64,000 bases of DNA from a virus (Duplodnaviria; Caudoviricetes): IMG/VR virus record IMGVR_UViG_3300037455_000221, positions 1-64,000 of that record; one strand, given 5' to 3'. Under the pieces are notes generated by a model, which did no database searches, had not been told where the DNA came from, and saw only the letters and a program-made list of their open reading frames with translations. The first letter of the stretch is position 1. Each line of letters begins with the position of its first letter. Positions 36,824 to 46,051 of this stretch are shown here, piece by piece. Position numbers and translations under genes: made by a program.

Positions 36824-37252
36824 ATGGCGTTTTATGATCCAACTTATCCCACAAACAATTACAGAAATTATCAGGCGGCGTATGCGCCACCACCGGCATT
36901 CAGCCCTCCACCATTGCAAACAGATTCTCCAATAATCTGGGTTCAAGGTGTAGCTGGGGCCAAAGCGTATCCTGTTCAGAATAATAAGATGGTTGTCTTA
37001 TTTGATTCTGAAGAAAAGCGTTTCTTTATTAAATCAACTGATGCAAGTGGAATACCACAACCACTTCGTGTATTTGAATATATAGAAAGTACTGAAGAAA
37101 AACAAAGTGCTCCCAGCATTGACACTACAATGTTTATCACAAGGGATGAATTTAATGAGGCAATTAATTCATTAAAGCAATCTCAACTTAAACAACAGAA
37201 TAATAATGCACAGAGAAAGGATGATAATAAACATGGCAAACCCTCTGTATAA
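36824..37252 (+). CDS. conserved hypothetical protein (cassette gene 2)
   Basis: Y/P/Q-rich N-terminus; WVQG..GAKAY, FDSE...F.IKS.DASG.P. Confidence 0.8.
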   Translation: MAFYDPTYPTNNYRNYQAAYAPPPAFSPPPLQTDSPIIWVQGVAGAKAYPVQNNKMVVLFDSEEKRFFIKSTDASGIPQPLRVFEYIESTEEKQSAPSIDTTMFITRDEFNEAINSLKQSQLKQQNNNAQRKDDNKHGKPSV

Positions 37253-37463
37253 TGAGAGCATGCAGAAAGGATTTCAATCCCAATTCGGGTCATTCATGTC
37301 TAACCCAATGGGATTCCTTATGCAACATAGAATTAACATACCTCAACAGTATGCTAATGACCCACGTGGCGCTGTCCAATATCTATTAAATAATGGTCAA
37401 ATGTCTCAAGATCAATTGAACTCAATTATGCAAAAGGCGCAACAAATGGGTTATAAATTCTGA
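37233..37463 (+). CDS. Q/N/M-rich small protein (cassette gene 3)
   Basis: NP...LLNNGQMSQDQLN; overlaps gene 2. Confidence 0.75.
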   Translation: MANPLYNESMQKGFQSQFGSFMSNPMGFLMQHRINIPQQYANDPRGAVQYLLNNGQMSQDQLNSIMQKAQQMGYKF

Positions 37464-37554
37464 TATCAAGTCACACGCTCGAGAGTGTGATTTAGATATA
37501 ACTGGCGACGTCGTCACTAACCAAAAATAATTATTGGAAAAGGAGACATGAATT

Positions 37555-38292
37555 ATGGCAATTACTGATTCTGAAAGTGGAATGGTTATGCCTGTAGCTC
37601 CCGCTTATGGCGGAGGTTACGGAAACGGTGGATTTGGAGATGGATGGTGGGTCATTCTCTTCTTATTCGCAATTATGGGCAACGGCTGGGGTAATGGCTT
37701 CGGCGGTAATGGGGGCGAGTTCCCTTGGCTCATGAGTGGTCAGCAAGGAATCAACGCTAATACCAATGGCGGGTTCCGTGATGCTATGATCAACGATAAT
37801 ATTACTTCTGTAAGAGATGGTATTGCTGGACTCTCAAATCAGATCTGTACTGCACAGATGGCTGATATGGAAAGAAGCTTTGCGTCTCAGACTGCAAACA
37901 CTGCCGGTATGACTGCAATTCAGGCGCAGATTTATCAGGGTTTCTCTAATCAGGGAGCCGCAACTGCTGATCTGAAGTATACAATCGCTACCGAAGCATG
38001 TGCAACGCGTTCTGCTAATGCCCAGAACACCCAGGCAATTCTCGACAAGTTGTGCCAGCTTGAACTGGATGGTTACAAGAGAGAGAATGATCAGCTTAGG
38101 ACTCAGCTTAATATGGCTACTCTTCGTGAATCACAGACTGAACAGAATGCACTGATTCAGCAAGGCTTTGCTAATGAAGTTGATCAGCTGTACAACAGAC
38201 TCTCCAACTGTCCTGTTCCTTCAACTCCCGTATACGGAAGAACTCCTATCTTTACATGTGGTAATGGATGTGGTTGTGGAGCCGTAGCATAA
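37555..38292 (+). CDS. Gly-rich membrane segment + coiled coil + Cys-rich tail (cassette gene 4)
   Basis: GGFGDGWWVILFLFAIMGNGWG; heptads; C-terminal CGNGCGCG. Confidence 0.8.
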   Translation: MAITDSESGMVMPVAPAYGGGYGNGGFGDGWWVILFLFAIMGNGWGNGFGGNGGEFPWLMSGQQGINANTNGGFRDAMINDNITSVRDGIAGLSNQICTAQMADMERSFASQTANTAGMTAIQAQIYQGFSNQGAATADLKYTIATEACATRSANAQNTQAILDKLCQLELDGYKRENDQLRTQLNMATLRESQTEQNALIQQGFANEVDQLYNRLSNCPVPSTPVYGRTPIFTCGNGCGCGAVA

Positions 38293-38304
38293 GGAGGTGA
38301 TACT

Positions 38305-38757
38305 ATGGCGGAATATCTTGCGAATAGTGTTGCTTCTGTGGCACTGAACAATCCTATATTGTTCACCGCTTCTATTCCTTGTCCCAATGGAAATGTTTAT
38401 CATGAAGATGAGACAGGAATTTTTATTCTCCGTGGTAACACAAATAACTGTTTTGCCAGATACCAGGTGACATATAATGGAAATATTAGTGTTCCTGAAG
38501 GTGGCACAGTTACTCCTATAGCTATTGCTATATCTGTTAATGGAGAAGCTCGACCTACAAGCATGGCAATATTTACACCTCAAGCTGTAGACGAGTTTGG
38601 TAATGTTACAAGTACTGCAATAATAACTGTACCTCGTGGATGTTGTTTTAGTTTATCAGTCAGATATGTCGACGCTACCGTTGATAATGCTGCTGTAACA
38701 CCTACTCCCACTATTGAAGTACAGAATTCAAATCTTGTAATCAACAGAATAGCATAA
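38305..38757 (+). CDS. BclA C-terminal/C1q-like beta-sandwich protein (cassette gene 5)
   Basis: All-beta pattern; Y.V.YNGNI, ISVNGE, NSNLVINRIA ending typical of BclA_C-like domains. Confidence 0.6.
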   Translation: MAEYLANSVASVALNNPILFTASIPCPNGNVYHEDETGIFILRGNTNNCFARYQVTYNGNISVPEGGTVTPIAIAISVNGEARPTSMAIFTPQAVDEFGNVTSTAIITVPRGCCFSLSVRYVDATVDNAAVTPTPTIEVQNSNLVINRIA

Positions 38758-38773
38758 AGAGGAGGACACCGCG

Positions 38774-39118
38774 ATGATGAGAGAATTGTATGACCTTTGC
38801 GATAAACTCAAAGGCGAGATAAAGAGTCTCAACTCTAAGAACGACATATCTCCTACTGAACTTGAACGTGCTTATAAAGCTGTAGATATTATCAAAGATA
38901 TCAAGACTATAGAAGCTATGGAGGATTACTCCGATGATGGTTATAGTGGACGTAGATATTACTACGATGATGATATGAAGTATGCTCGCGATAGAAGTTA
39001 TCGTAGAGAACGTGATTCAATGGGTCGCTATACAGATAATGGGTATAGCGGGCACGATGACAAAGAAGAGATGATGCGTAAGATCGATGAGATGAAACGC
39101 CAACTCGAAAATATGTAA
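38774..39118 (+). CDS. charged helical protein with RDSMGRY motif (cassette gene 6)
   Basis: GGAGG RBS; R/D/Y-rich. Confidence 0.75.
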   Translation: MMRELYDLCDKLKGEIKSLNSKNDISPTELERAYKAVDIIKDIKTIEAMEDYSDDGYSGRRYYYDDDMKYARDRSYRRERDSMGRYTDNGYSGHDDKEEMMRKIDEMKRQLENM

Positions 39119-39128
39119 TTCCATTAGT

Positions 39129-39160
39129 GAGAGGGTAGCCGCTGTGCTACCCTCTCTTGT
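39129..39160 (+). terminator. terminator-like hairpin closing the cassette
   Basis: gagagggtagc-cgctgt-gctaccctctc. Confidence 0.6.
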
Positions 39161-39198
39161 ATATATAATTAATTAATTTTATAAAAGGGAGAAAAGTT

Positions 39199-39396
39199 AT
39201 GGTTGTAAATAGAAAATTTAACACAGACTATGCATCCAACTGGGAGTTTTATGGTGAGAGTTCCGAAACAAAACCAACCATGGCTAATGGTTATGAAGAA
39301 GGAATTCCTGATAAGAGTCTTTTCATGGAACTTGATACTGGTGAAGGTTATTACTATAACAAAGACACCGACAGTTGGGCAAAGATCGGAGGATGA
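39199..39396 (+). CDS. small virion-associated hypothetical protein
   Basis: G.S..TKPT...F.ELDTG..Y.Y....W motif seen in phage structural modules. Confidence 0.65.
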   Translation: MVVNRKFNTDYASNWEFYGESSETKPTMANGYEEGIPDKSLFMELDTGEGYYYNKDTDSWAKIGG

Positions 39397-39422
39397 ATTT
39401 AAAAGGAAGGAGGTTGCCCTAA

Positions 39423-40937
39423 ATGGCGACTACAAAGAAAACGACTGCGGGCAACACCCGCACTGCGGCAGAGATACAAAACTATCTTGAGTTTAATGAT
39501 CAGTTATTTAAGAAAACCCAGGAAACTCTGCTTAAGATTAAAGACCCTAATAGACAAACAATAGCAAGTATAATTGGCAAGGATCGAAGATTAATCCGCG
39601 AATATTTGAAGAACCCAGCAAATAACGAGTCGAACTTAATTGCATCGGCTCGTTATTTATTTTATAGGACACAGATATTCTTCAGGCTCGTACTCTTCTA
39701 TGCCAGTATGTTTGACTTTAGATGTAGACAAGTAATACCTAATATAAGCTTGACTAAAACAAATAACCAAAAGAAGATACTCAAGCAGTATAACGATACA
39801 CTAAATTGGCTTGACCGCTATGATATCCAGGGTATTATGTTACCCGCACTTATTCGTATATTCCGTGAAGATGTATTCTACGGTATCTTTTATCGCGACG
39901 AGAGTGGAAGTATACTCTATCCTCTTGATCCTTCATGGTGTCGTATTGATGGTATCTACTCTTCTCATGACTACGCTTATTCGGTAGATATGAGTAAGTT
40001 TAAGAGCGCGCAGATGCAAGAGTTTTTACAGTGGATCGGGGATCCTCTTCTGTCTATGTATCGGGAATATGAACGTACTAATGTAAAGTGGGTTCATATG
40101 GACGATAGATATGCGGCATGTTTTAAATTTCGCACAGATGATCTTGATCATGTATTGCCTCCGCTGATGGCTATACTTCAGCAATTGGCGGCGCTTAATG
40201 ATCTTGCGGATTTACAAGCTATTGCGGACGAGCTAAGCATCTACAAACTTTTGCTTATACCTATGAAAACTATATCAGGTAGTAAACGTAGTGATGATTT
40301 TGAAGTATCCCCTGAATTGATGCTTGGTTATTACAACAGGATGCTTGAGAACTTGCCTGACTATATCGCAGCTGCACTTATACCGGCAGATGTAGATAAA
40401 GATAATGTACTTGACTTTTCTACTACCTCTTCGGATAAAGATGTAGATAGACTTGAACAGAGTGAAAAAACATTACTTGGTACTGCAGGTGGTGGTGCTG
40501 TGCTTAATGCAAATATGATTACGTCTACCGCGGCATTCAAAGCATGGCTTAAGTCTGAGACTGAGTTCGCAATATCGCCACTTATACCACAGATACAAGG
40601 ATTCACAAATCGTATGCTCAAATATGATTGTGGTAATCCATGTACTGTAAATTACTTTGAGGTGTCTATATATACCAAAGAAGATTTACAAGCTACATTA
40701 CTTGAATCATGTCAGTATGGATTTAGTAACAGACTCGCATACAATACGTTTAATGGTGTTAGTGAAAGAGCAACTATTGCTATGCAGATGTTGGAGAACG
40801 ATATATTAAAGATGCCTGATAAGATGATACCTCTTTCCTCTTCTTATACACAAAGTGGTGATAGCGAGGAAGCGGGGCGTCCCGAAGTGCCCGACGATGA
40901 GTTAAGCGGATCGGGCGAACGTAGTAGAAATGAGTGA
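39423..40937 (+). CDS. portal protein
   Basis: 504 aa, first large gene of the head module; C-terminal GRP + acidic tail typical of portals. Confidence 0.75.
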   Translation: MATTKKTTAGNTRTAAEIQNYLEFNDQLFKKTQETLLKIKDPNRQTIASIIGKDRRLIREYLKNPANNESNLIASARYLFYRTQIFFRLVLFYASMFDFRCRQVIPNISLTKTNNQKKILKQYNDTLNWLDRYDIQGIMLPALIRIFREDVFYGIFYRDESGSILYPLDPSWCRIDGIYSSHDYAYSVDMSKFKSAQMQEFLQWIGDPLLSMYREYERTNVKWVHMDDRYAACFKFRTDDLDHVLPPLMAILQQLAALNDLADLQAIADELSIYKLLLIPMKTISGSKRSDDFEVSPELMLGYYNRMLENLPDYIAAALIPADVDKDNVLDFSTTSSDKDVDRLEQSEKTLLGTAGGGAVLNANMITSTAAFKAWLKSETEFAISPLIPQIQGFTNRMLKYDCGNPCTVNYFEVSIYTKEDLQATLLESCQYGFSNRLAYNTFNGVSERATIAMQMLENDILKMPDKMIPLSSSYTQSGDSEEAGRPEVPDDELSGSGERSRNE

Positions 40938-40945
40938 GGTGAGAT

Positions 40946-41119
40946 ATGGATAAGGCAGCATTTATAAAAACTACGGATAAAGAGACAGCCGAACGATTGA
41001 TTAAACTGGGATACAATTTGATCACTCAATTCGGCGAAGAATATATTTTTGAGAATGACTCCATCACGACGTTCGATAAGAACGATAAGGTGGAGTTTTC
41101 TAATATAATGTATGGCTGA
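40946..41119 (+). CDS. small hypothetical protein (57 aa, MDKAAFIKTTDKETAERL...)
   Basis: GAGGTGA RBS; below track cutoff. Confidence 0.65.
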   Translation: MDKAAFIKTTDKETAERLIKLGYNLITQFGEEYIFENDSITTFDKNDKVEFSNIMYG

Positions 41120-41134
41120 TAGAGAGGAGCGTCG

Positions 41135-42859
41135 ATGATTAAGTTACTTACACTCGACGATCTTTACAAATTCTTTGCAGAACAAAACAAGGATTATGTG
41201 TTCAGTTCTAAAGAAACTGACAGACAGTTCATGATTGGAATGTTTGCAGATATAACATTTGCTGATAATGAAGAGGAAAGTGATTTACTTCCTGTTCATT
41301 TACAAGCATGTCATACTGGCGAGAATGTTAATCACTGTTTTGTTTCAGACAGCACAATGGATGCCGCACTGCCGTCTCTTATAAACAAACCTATTCTTGG
41401 TTATATCTATAAAGACGATGAAGGCGAGTATCAATTCCGTGCCCATGATATGCATACAGAAAATGGAGAGACAGTATATGACGAGATCATTGTTGGATAT
41501 CTCCCCGAGTCATGTAATGCGCATGTTAAGTTTGACGAAGAAAAGAAAAAGAATTACGTAGAGGTCGACGGATACATTGTTGAGAAATATACCAAAGCCG
41601 CTGATATACTGCGCCGCGAAGGAAAATGTTATGTCAGTGTGGAAATGGCAGTTAATGAAATGTCATATGATGCCAAGACACATATTCTCAACATTACTGA
41701 TTTTACATTTACTGGGGTAACAATCCTCGGTAGATTTGAGGACGGAACTGAGGTACAACCGGGAATGGCTGGATCAAATATCACTATTCGTGATAGTGAA
41801 GTTTCGTTCGCTGAGCAGAAGGCTAAGCTTGAGGAACTCGAACGTCAAGTTGCAGAGCTCCAACAGAGTTTGTCTATAAATAATTCAGAGAAAGGAGGAA
41901 CAGATAGTCTTATGAAATTTGATGAACTTCTCAAAAAGTATAATAAGACTGCCGAAGAGGTAACTTTCGAAACCGAAGGATTTTCAGATGAAGAGCTTGA
42001 AGCAAAGTTCGCTGAAGCATTTGGTGAAGTGTCCGCAGAAGGAGAAGTTGCAGATCCTGAAGGAACTGCAGATCCAGCTCCTGCAGAGGTAGAGACACCC
42101 GCTGAAGGTGAAGCTGCTGCTGAAGGTGAAGAGTCTGAAAAGAAACCAGAGGAAGGTGAGGAGGCTGGTACTCCTGCTCCTGAAGAAGGTGAAGCCGCTC
42201 CCGCAGAAGGTACACCAGTGCCCGAAGCTCCCGCAGCGAACATCACCGCATCAATCAAGACTGGCGACAAGGTTACCAACTTTGGACTTAGTCTTGACGA
42301 AAAGGCATATGCTATCCAAGAACTTGTAAACGCTACTTATGCTGACGCTGACAATGATTATTATTTTACTGAGTGTTTTGAAGACGATGGATATGTAATC
42401 ATGCAATCTTGGTGCACTGGACGTGCATTCAAGCAGAACATCGAGCGTAATGGCGATGAGTACTCTCTTGTAGGAGACAGAGTTGAAGTATTCTCAGTTT
42501 GGGTAACCGAAGATGAGAAGAAACAGCTTGAGTCAATGAAGAGTTCTTATGACTCTATGTTGACAAAGATACAAAATTATGAGAGCGAACCTCAGAAGAT
42601 GGAAGTACTTAATAAAGAAAAGTACAACTATGTTCGCGAGAGTGAAGAGTTCTCAAAACTTATGACGACCGAATCACATTTTAATATGTCGGTCGAAGAA
42701 GTTACAGCAAAAGCTGATTCCATTTTGCTTAATGCAGCAGAGAGCGGATCGCTCAAGTTTGCAGAACAGCAAAATGTTCAGACAACCCGTAAGCCTGTCA
42801 TGTTTAAGGCAACTAAGACCACCGGCAGATACGGAAACATGTTTAATAGAGACAAATAA
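41135..42859 (+). CDS. prohead protease/scaffold protein
   Basis: ACHTGEN.N, KPILG, VSVEM protease-like N-terminus; long acidic E/A/P linker and coiled coil. Confidence 0.7.
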   Translation: MIKLLTLDDLYKFFAEQNKDYVFSSKETDRQFMIGMFADITFADNEEESDLLPVHLQACHTGENVNHCFVSDSTMDAALPSLINKPILGYIYKDDEGEYQFRAHDMHTENGETVYDEIIVGYLPESCNAHVKFDEEKKKNYVEVDGYIVEKYTKAADILRREGKCYVSVEMAVNEMSYDAKTHILNITDFTFTGVTILGRFEDGTEVQPGMAGSNITIRDSEVSFAEQKAKLEELERQVAELQQSLSINNSEKGGTDSLMKFDELLKKYNKTAEEVTFETEGFSDEELEAKFAEAFGEVSAEGEVADPEGTADPAPAEVETPAEGEAAAEGEESEKKPEEGEEAGTPAPEEGEAAPAEGTPVPEAPAANITASIKTGDKVTNFGLSLDEKAYAIQELVNATYADADNDYYFTECFEDDGYVIMQSWCTGRAFKQNIERNGDEYSLVGDRVEVFSVWVTEDEKKQLESMKSSYDSMLTKIQNYESEPQKMEVLNKEKYNYVRESEEFSKLMTTESHFNMSVEEVTAKADSILLNAAESGSLKFAEQQNVQTTRKPVMFKATKTTGRYGNMFNRDK

Positions 42860-42880
42860 TCTTTGAAAGGAGAAAACATT

Positions 42881-43369
42881 ATGGCTTATTCAGTCACTGT
42901 TGCTAAGCACAATGTAGCATTTCCGTCCAAGATTCGTTCTGGCGGTGATGGACACACACTTAATATTTTTGTAAACGCAGATACCGATAATGGTGTTGTT
43001 GGTTCTGTAGGAACTTGGAAGGATTTCGACCGTTACAATTTCGTAGCTGGCAATTCCTCTTTCGTAGGCAAGCTTCATGCTGCTGCTAACGGAAACTGGT
43101 ATGTCGAGGTTACTGCAATCGACGTTGAGAATCCCCCTGTATTCCTTTACAACTCTCCCATCATTGAGGATGAGAGATATGCAGATCGTCCCGATGCATT
43201 CTTCAATGCTCAGAATGATACTGTAAAGGGATATATCCTTGAGCTCTTTGATGTATTCGAGGAGTCTGAGGCTATCTTTACATTCAACACTTCAAAGGCT
43301 ACCGACCTTGTTGAGGGCGCTACTGTTGAAGTTGCAGCTAACAACAAGCTTAAGGTTACCGCACCGTAA
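42881..43369 (+). CDS. head decoration/minor capsid protein
   Basis: Lies between scaffold and MCP; high-expression codon bias. Confidence 0.6.
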   Translation: MAYSVTVAKHNVAFPSKIRSGGDGHTLNIFVNADTDNGVVGSVGTWKDFDRYNFVAGNSSFVGKLHAAANGNWYVEVTAIDVENPPVFLYNSPIIEDERYADRPDAFFNAQNDTVKGYILELFDVFEESEAIFTFNTSKATDLVEGATVEVAANNKLKVTAP

Positions 43370-43395
43370 TAAGAGAGAAAGGAGGACAATATATT

Positions 43396-44520
43396 ATGAG
43401 ACTTACATTTTCTGAAAAAGAGCTTGCAATCTTTGCTAAGCATGAAACAAATGAAGATGCTATCAAGAACCTTATGTTCGACCTTTCTCGTGGAAATGAG
43501 ATCGTTGACAGCGAGGGCAAGGTAGTTTCTAAGGCAGAAGCTAATGATAAGCTTCGTGCTTTTACTCTTGACTTTGTTGGTCTTGAGAAGGGATTCTCTC
43601 AGAGAGATCTGAAGAGAGCGTTCCAGAGCGGACAGATCCGCAGATACTTTGACCTCATTGAGGAGATCGTTGATGACTCTCTCGATGTAGGATATCATGA
43701 GTCCGAGTGGTTCAACAGACTTGTTGACTACAGAAATATCGCTAATGGCGACGGAGTTGAGTTCAAGGTTGAGGATGACAATGTTATCCTTTCCATCGCT
43801 ACTGTTGGAAAGTCACATCATGACTACATCCTTCAGAGACCTGCTCTTGGAACAACCTATACTCTTCCTATGGGTCGTTATGGCGCAGCTGTAGGCCTTG
43901 ATATCAATAGATATCTTGCTGGACAGGAAGACTTTGCTAAGCTTATCGCTATGCTTACCAAGTCTATCATGGTTAAGAACCAGGGCATAATCTATGGTGC
44001 TATCGCTAACGCTGTTTCCAGCCTTAGAGTTACTACTGGTTTCGTAGATTCCGGTCAGCTTAACGCTTCTACTAAGGACGATTTCGATGAGATCATCGAC
44101 AACGTTAGATCCATCTATGGTGACGCTGTTATCATCGGAACAAAGACAGCTCTTAGAAAGATTACTGGCCTTGCAAATGTTCAGTGGGCTTCTGATGCAC
44201 AGAAGGCTGAGATTGCTGGCATGGGCAGACTTGGTTCTTACGAAGGAACCGCTATGATCGAAGTTGAGCAGAGATTTGCTGACAAGACTCTCGATGTAAA
44301 TAAGAAGCTCATGGATGACAGCAAGCTTTACATTCTTCCTAGCGATGACTATAAGATCGTTGAGTTCGTCACTCGTGGCGAGACCGAGATCGATGAGATC
44401 ACCGAGAAGGGCGAAGAGCACGGCCGCATCGATGACATCGGCAAGTATGAAGTTCAGTACGAACAGGGTATTGCTGTTAAGGCTAATAGACAGTTCGGTG
44501 TATGGACTATACTTCCTTAA
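43396..44520 (+). CDS. major capsid protein
   Basis: 374 aa; strong codon bias; position; followed by a terminator. Confidence 0.8.
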   Translation: MRLTFSEKELAIFAKHETNEDAIKNLMFDLSRGNEIVDSEGKVVSKAEANDKLRAFTLDFVGLEKGFSQRDLKRAFQSGQIRRYFDLIEEIVDDSLDVGYHESEWFNRLVDYRNIANGDGVEFKVEDDNVILSIATVGKSHHDYILQRPALGTTYTLPMGRYGAAVGLDINRYLAGQEDFAKLIAMLTKSIMVKNQGIIYGAIANAVSSLRVTTGFVDSGQLNASTKDDFDEIIDNVRSIYGDAVIIGTKTALRKITGLANVQWASDAQKAEIAGMGRLGSYEGTAMIEVEQRFADKTLDVNKKLMDDSKLYILPSDDYKIVEFVTRGETEIDEITEKGEEHGRIDDIGKYEVQYEQGIAVKANRQFGVWTILP

Positions 44521-44571
44521 TTGACATTATAACAATAGAGAGCTCCTGCTTTAGTGGAGAGTTTATAAATC

Positions 44572-44602
44572 AGTGGGGGAGTCCGCGCACTCTCCCACTT
44601 TT
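44572..44602 (+). terminator. intrinsic terminator
   Basis: agtgggggagt-ccgcgc-actctcccact followed by TTT. Confidence 0.7.
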
Positions 44603-44623
44603 GAGTAAAAGGAGAATATAATA

Positions 44624-45235
44624 ATGGCTTACACAAAAAAGACAACTACTAAGAAAACCGCAGTCAAAGCAACACCTATCAAGCCTGATCCTATCGAGAT
44701 TGGGGTTCCAATCGAGATTGGGGTTCCTATTGAAGAGGAAGATATTCCTTTTGAAGAGGAAGCGCCCAAGAAAGAAAAGAGAGTCTTTCATGCGGATGAC
44801 ATGATTCTCTGTCGTTCGGTTACTGTAGGCAAGCTTGTTCTGGTAGGACAGACTAACAACACTGTATATAGATGGATGAACTATGGTGATGAGATTGAGA
44901 TCGAGTACAGAGACCTTTCTGCTCTGGTACGCGCTCACTCTCCTTATGTCTACACTCCTTACTTTATCGTTGAGGATGAAGATTTCATCGCAGAGTTCCG
45001 CGAGCTTGACAAGTTCTATAAGGAAAAGTTTACGATCAGTGAGCTAACCGATATCCTCAGGATGAATGAAGGAGATATGGAAGATGCAATTGCCGTGCTT
45101 CCTAAGGGAGCGAAAGAGCAGTTCATTAATCTTGCTTCCACTCAGATTTCAACCGGTGAACTTGACAGTGTACGAAAGATCAAAGTGCTTGAGAGGATTC
45201 TTGGCGTAGATTTTTCATTGGTAGCTGGAATATAA
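44624..45235 (+). CDS. phage hypothetical protein (head-associated)
   Basis: RBS; contains an 18-bp tandem duplication (PIEIGV x2). Confidence 0.7.
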   Translation: MAYTKKTTTKKTAVKATPIKPDPIEIGVPIEIGVPIEEEDIPFEEEAPKKEKRVFHADDMILCRSVTVGKLVLVGQTNNTVYRWMNYGDEIEIEYRDLSALVRAHSPYVYTPYFIVEDEDFIAEFRELDKFYKEKFTISELTDILRMNEGDMEDAIAVLPKGAKEQFINLASTQISTGELDSVRKIKVLERILGVDFSLVAGI

Positions 45236-45261
45236 GTGAGTCGTAGAGATGGAGGTGAGTT

Positions 45262-45735
45262 ATGTCTTCCATAAATTACGATGACATATTTAGTAGTTTT
45301 CTATCTAACGTTACGGACTACAAGATTGCGACACAAGACGAAGATGTGACCACCGAGCAGTTGACCGAGTATCTGCATAAGGTAATCGGCACTCCGTATA
45401 TCAATGCATTATTTCAGTCTATTGAATTAGATGATAATGCCGCTGTGCTTACATATGTAATGAAGACCCCGGATGTTAATCCTGGTAATGACGATTACTT
45501 CATGATTAATATGTTAGGTAAAGCGATGGTATACGAATGGGTACATCCCCAGGTTCGCAAGACGTCATTACTTGCTCAGATGTTCTCAGGTAAAGAGGTG
45601 AAGTGGTATGCGCAAAGCAATCACATTCTTGAACTTCGTGGCATTGAAGAAGATACTGAGCTTGAGGTAAGACGTATGATCAGAGACCGTGGCTTTATCT
45701 CAAATTCTTATTTGGGAGGTGCGGTGAATGATTAA
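45262..45735 (+). CDS. putative head-tail adaptor
   Basis: Size and position after MCP. Confidence 0.5.
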   Translation: MSSINYDDIFSSFLSNVTDYKIATQDEDVTTEQLTEYLHKVIGTPYINALFQSIELDDNAAVLTYVMKTPDVNPGNDDYFMINMLGKAMVYEWVHPQVRKTSLLAQMFSGKEVKWYAQSNHILELRGIEEDTELEVRRMIRDRGFISNSYLGGAVND

Positions 45736-46051
45736 GTTTACAAGCGAACAAATAGAAAGTGAAAAGAAGCTGCTGCAAAAGAAAGTATTCTATCTTCTGC
45801 TTATTGTTGATCCTGACACTACGGATAAGTATCCGAATGTAGATGTTGAGGCGGCGTTTGATGATATATTCTCAGACCTTGATGGATTGAATGAATTGTT
45901 TTCATATCCGGCCGAGATAATCAATGTAGCAAAGAAACTTGCAAAGGCTCTTAAAGAATTTAGATCTCCCGACTTTGAGTATAAGCGATATAGAAAATTT
46001 ATACTTGATGCGGGAAATGAAGTAACTAAGATCGGACAAGGAGGTGATTAA
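45728..46051 (+). CDS. hypothetical neck-region protein
   Basis: Coupled ORF. Confidence 0.6.
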   Translation: MIKFTSEQIESEKKLLQKKVFYLLLIVDPDTTDKYPNVDVEAAFDDIFSDLDGLNELFSYPAEIINVAKKLAKALKEFRSPDFEYKRYRKFILDAGNEVTKIGQGGD

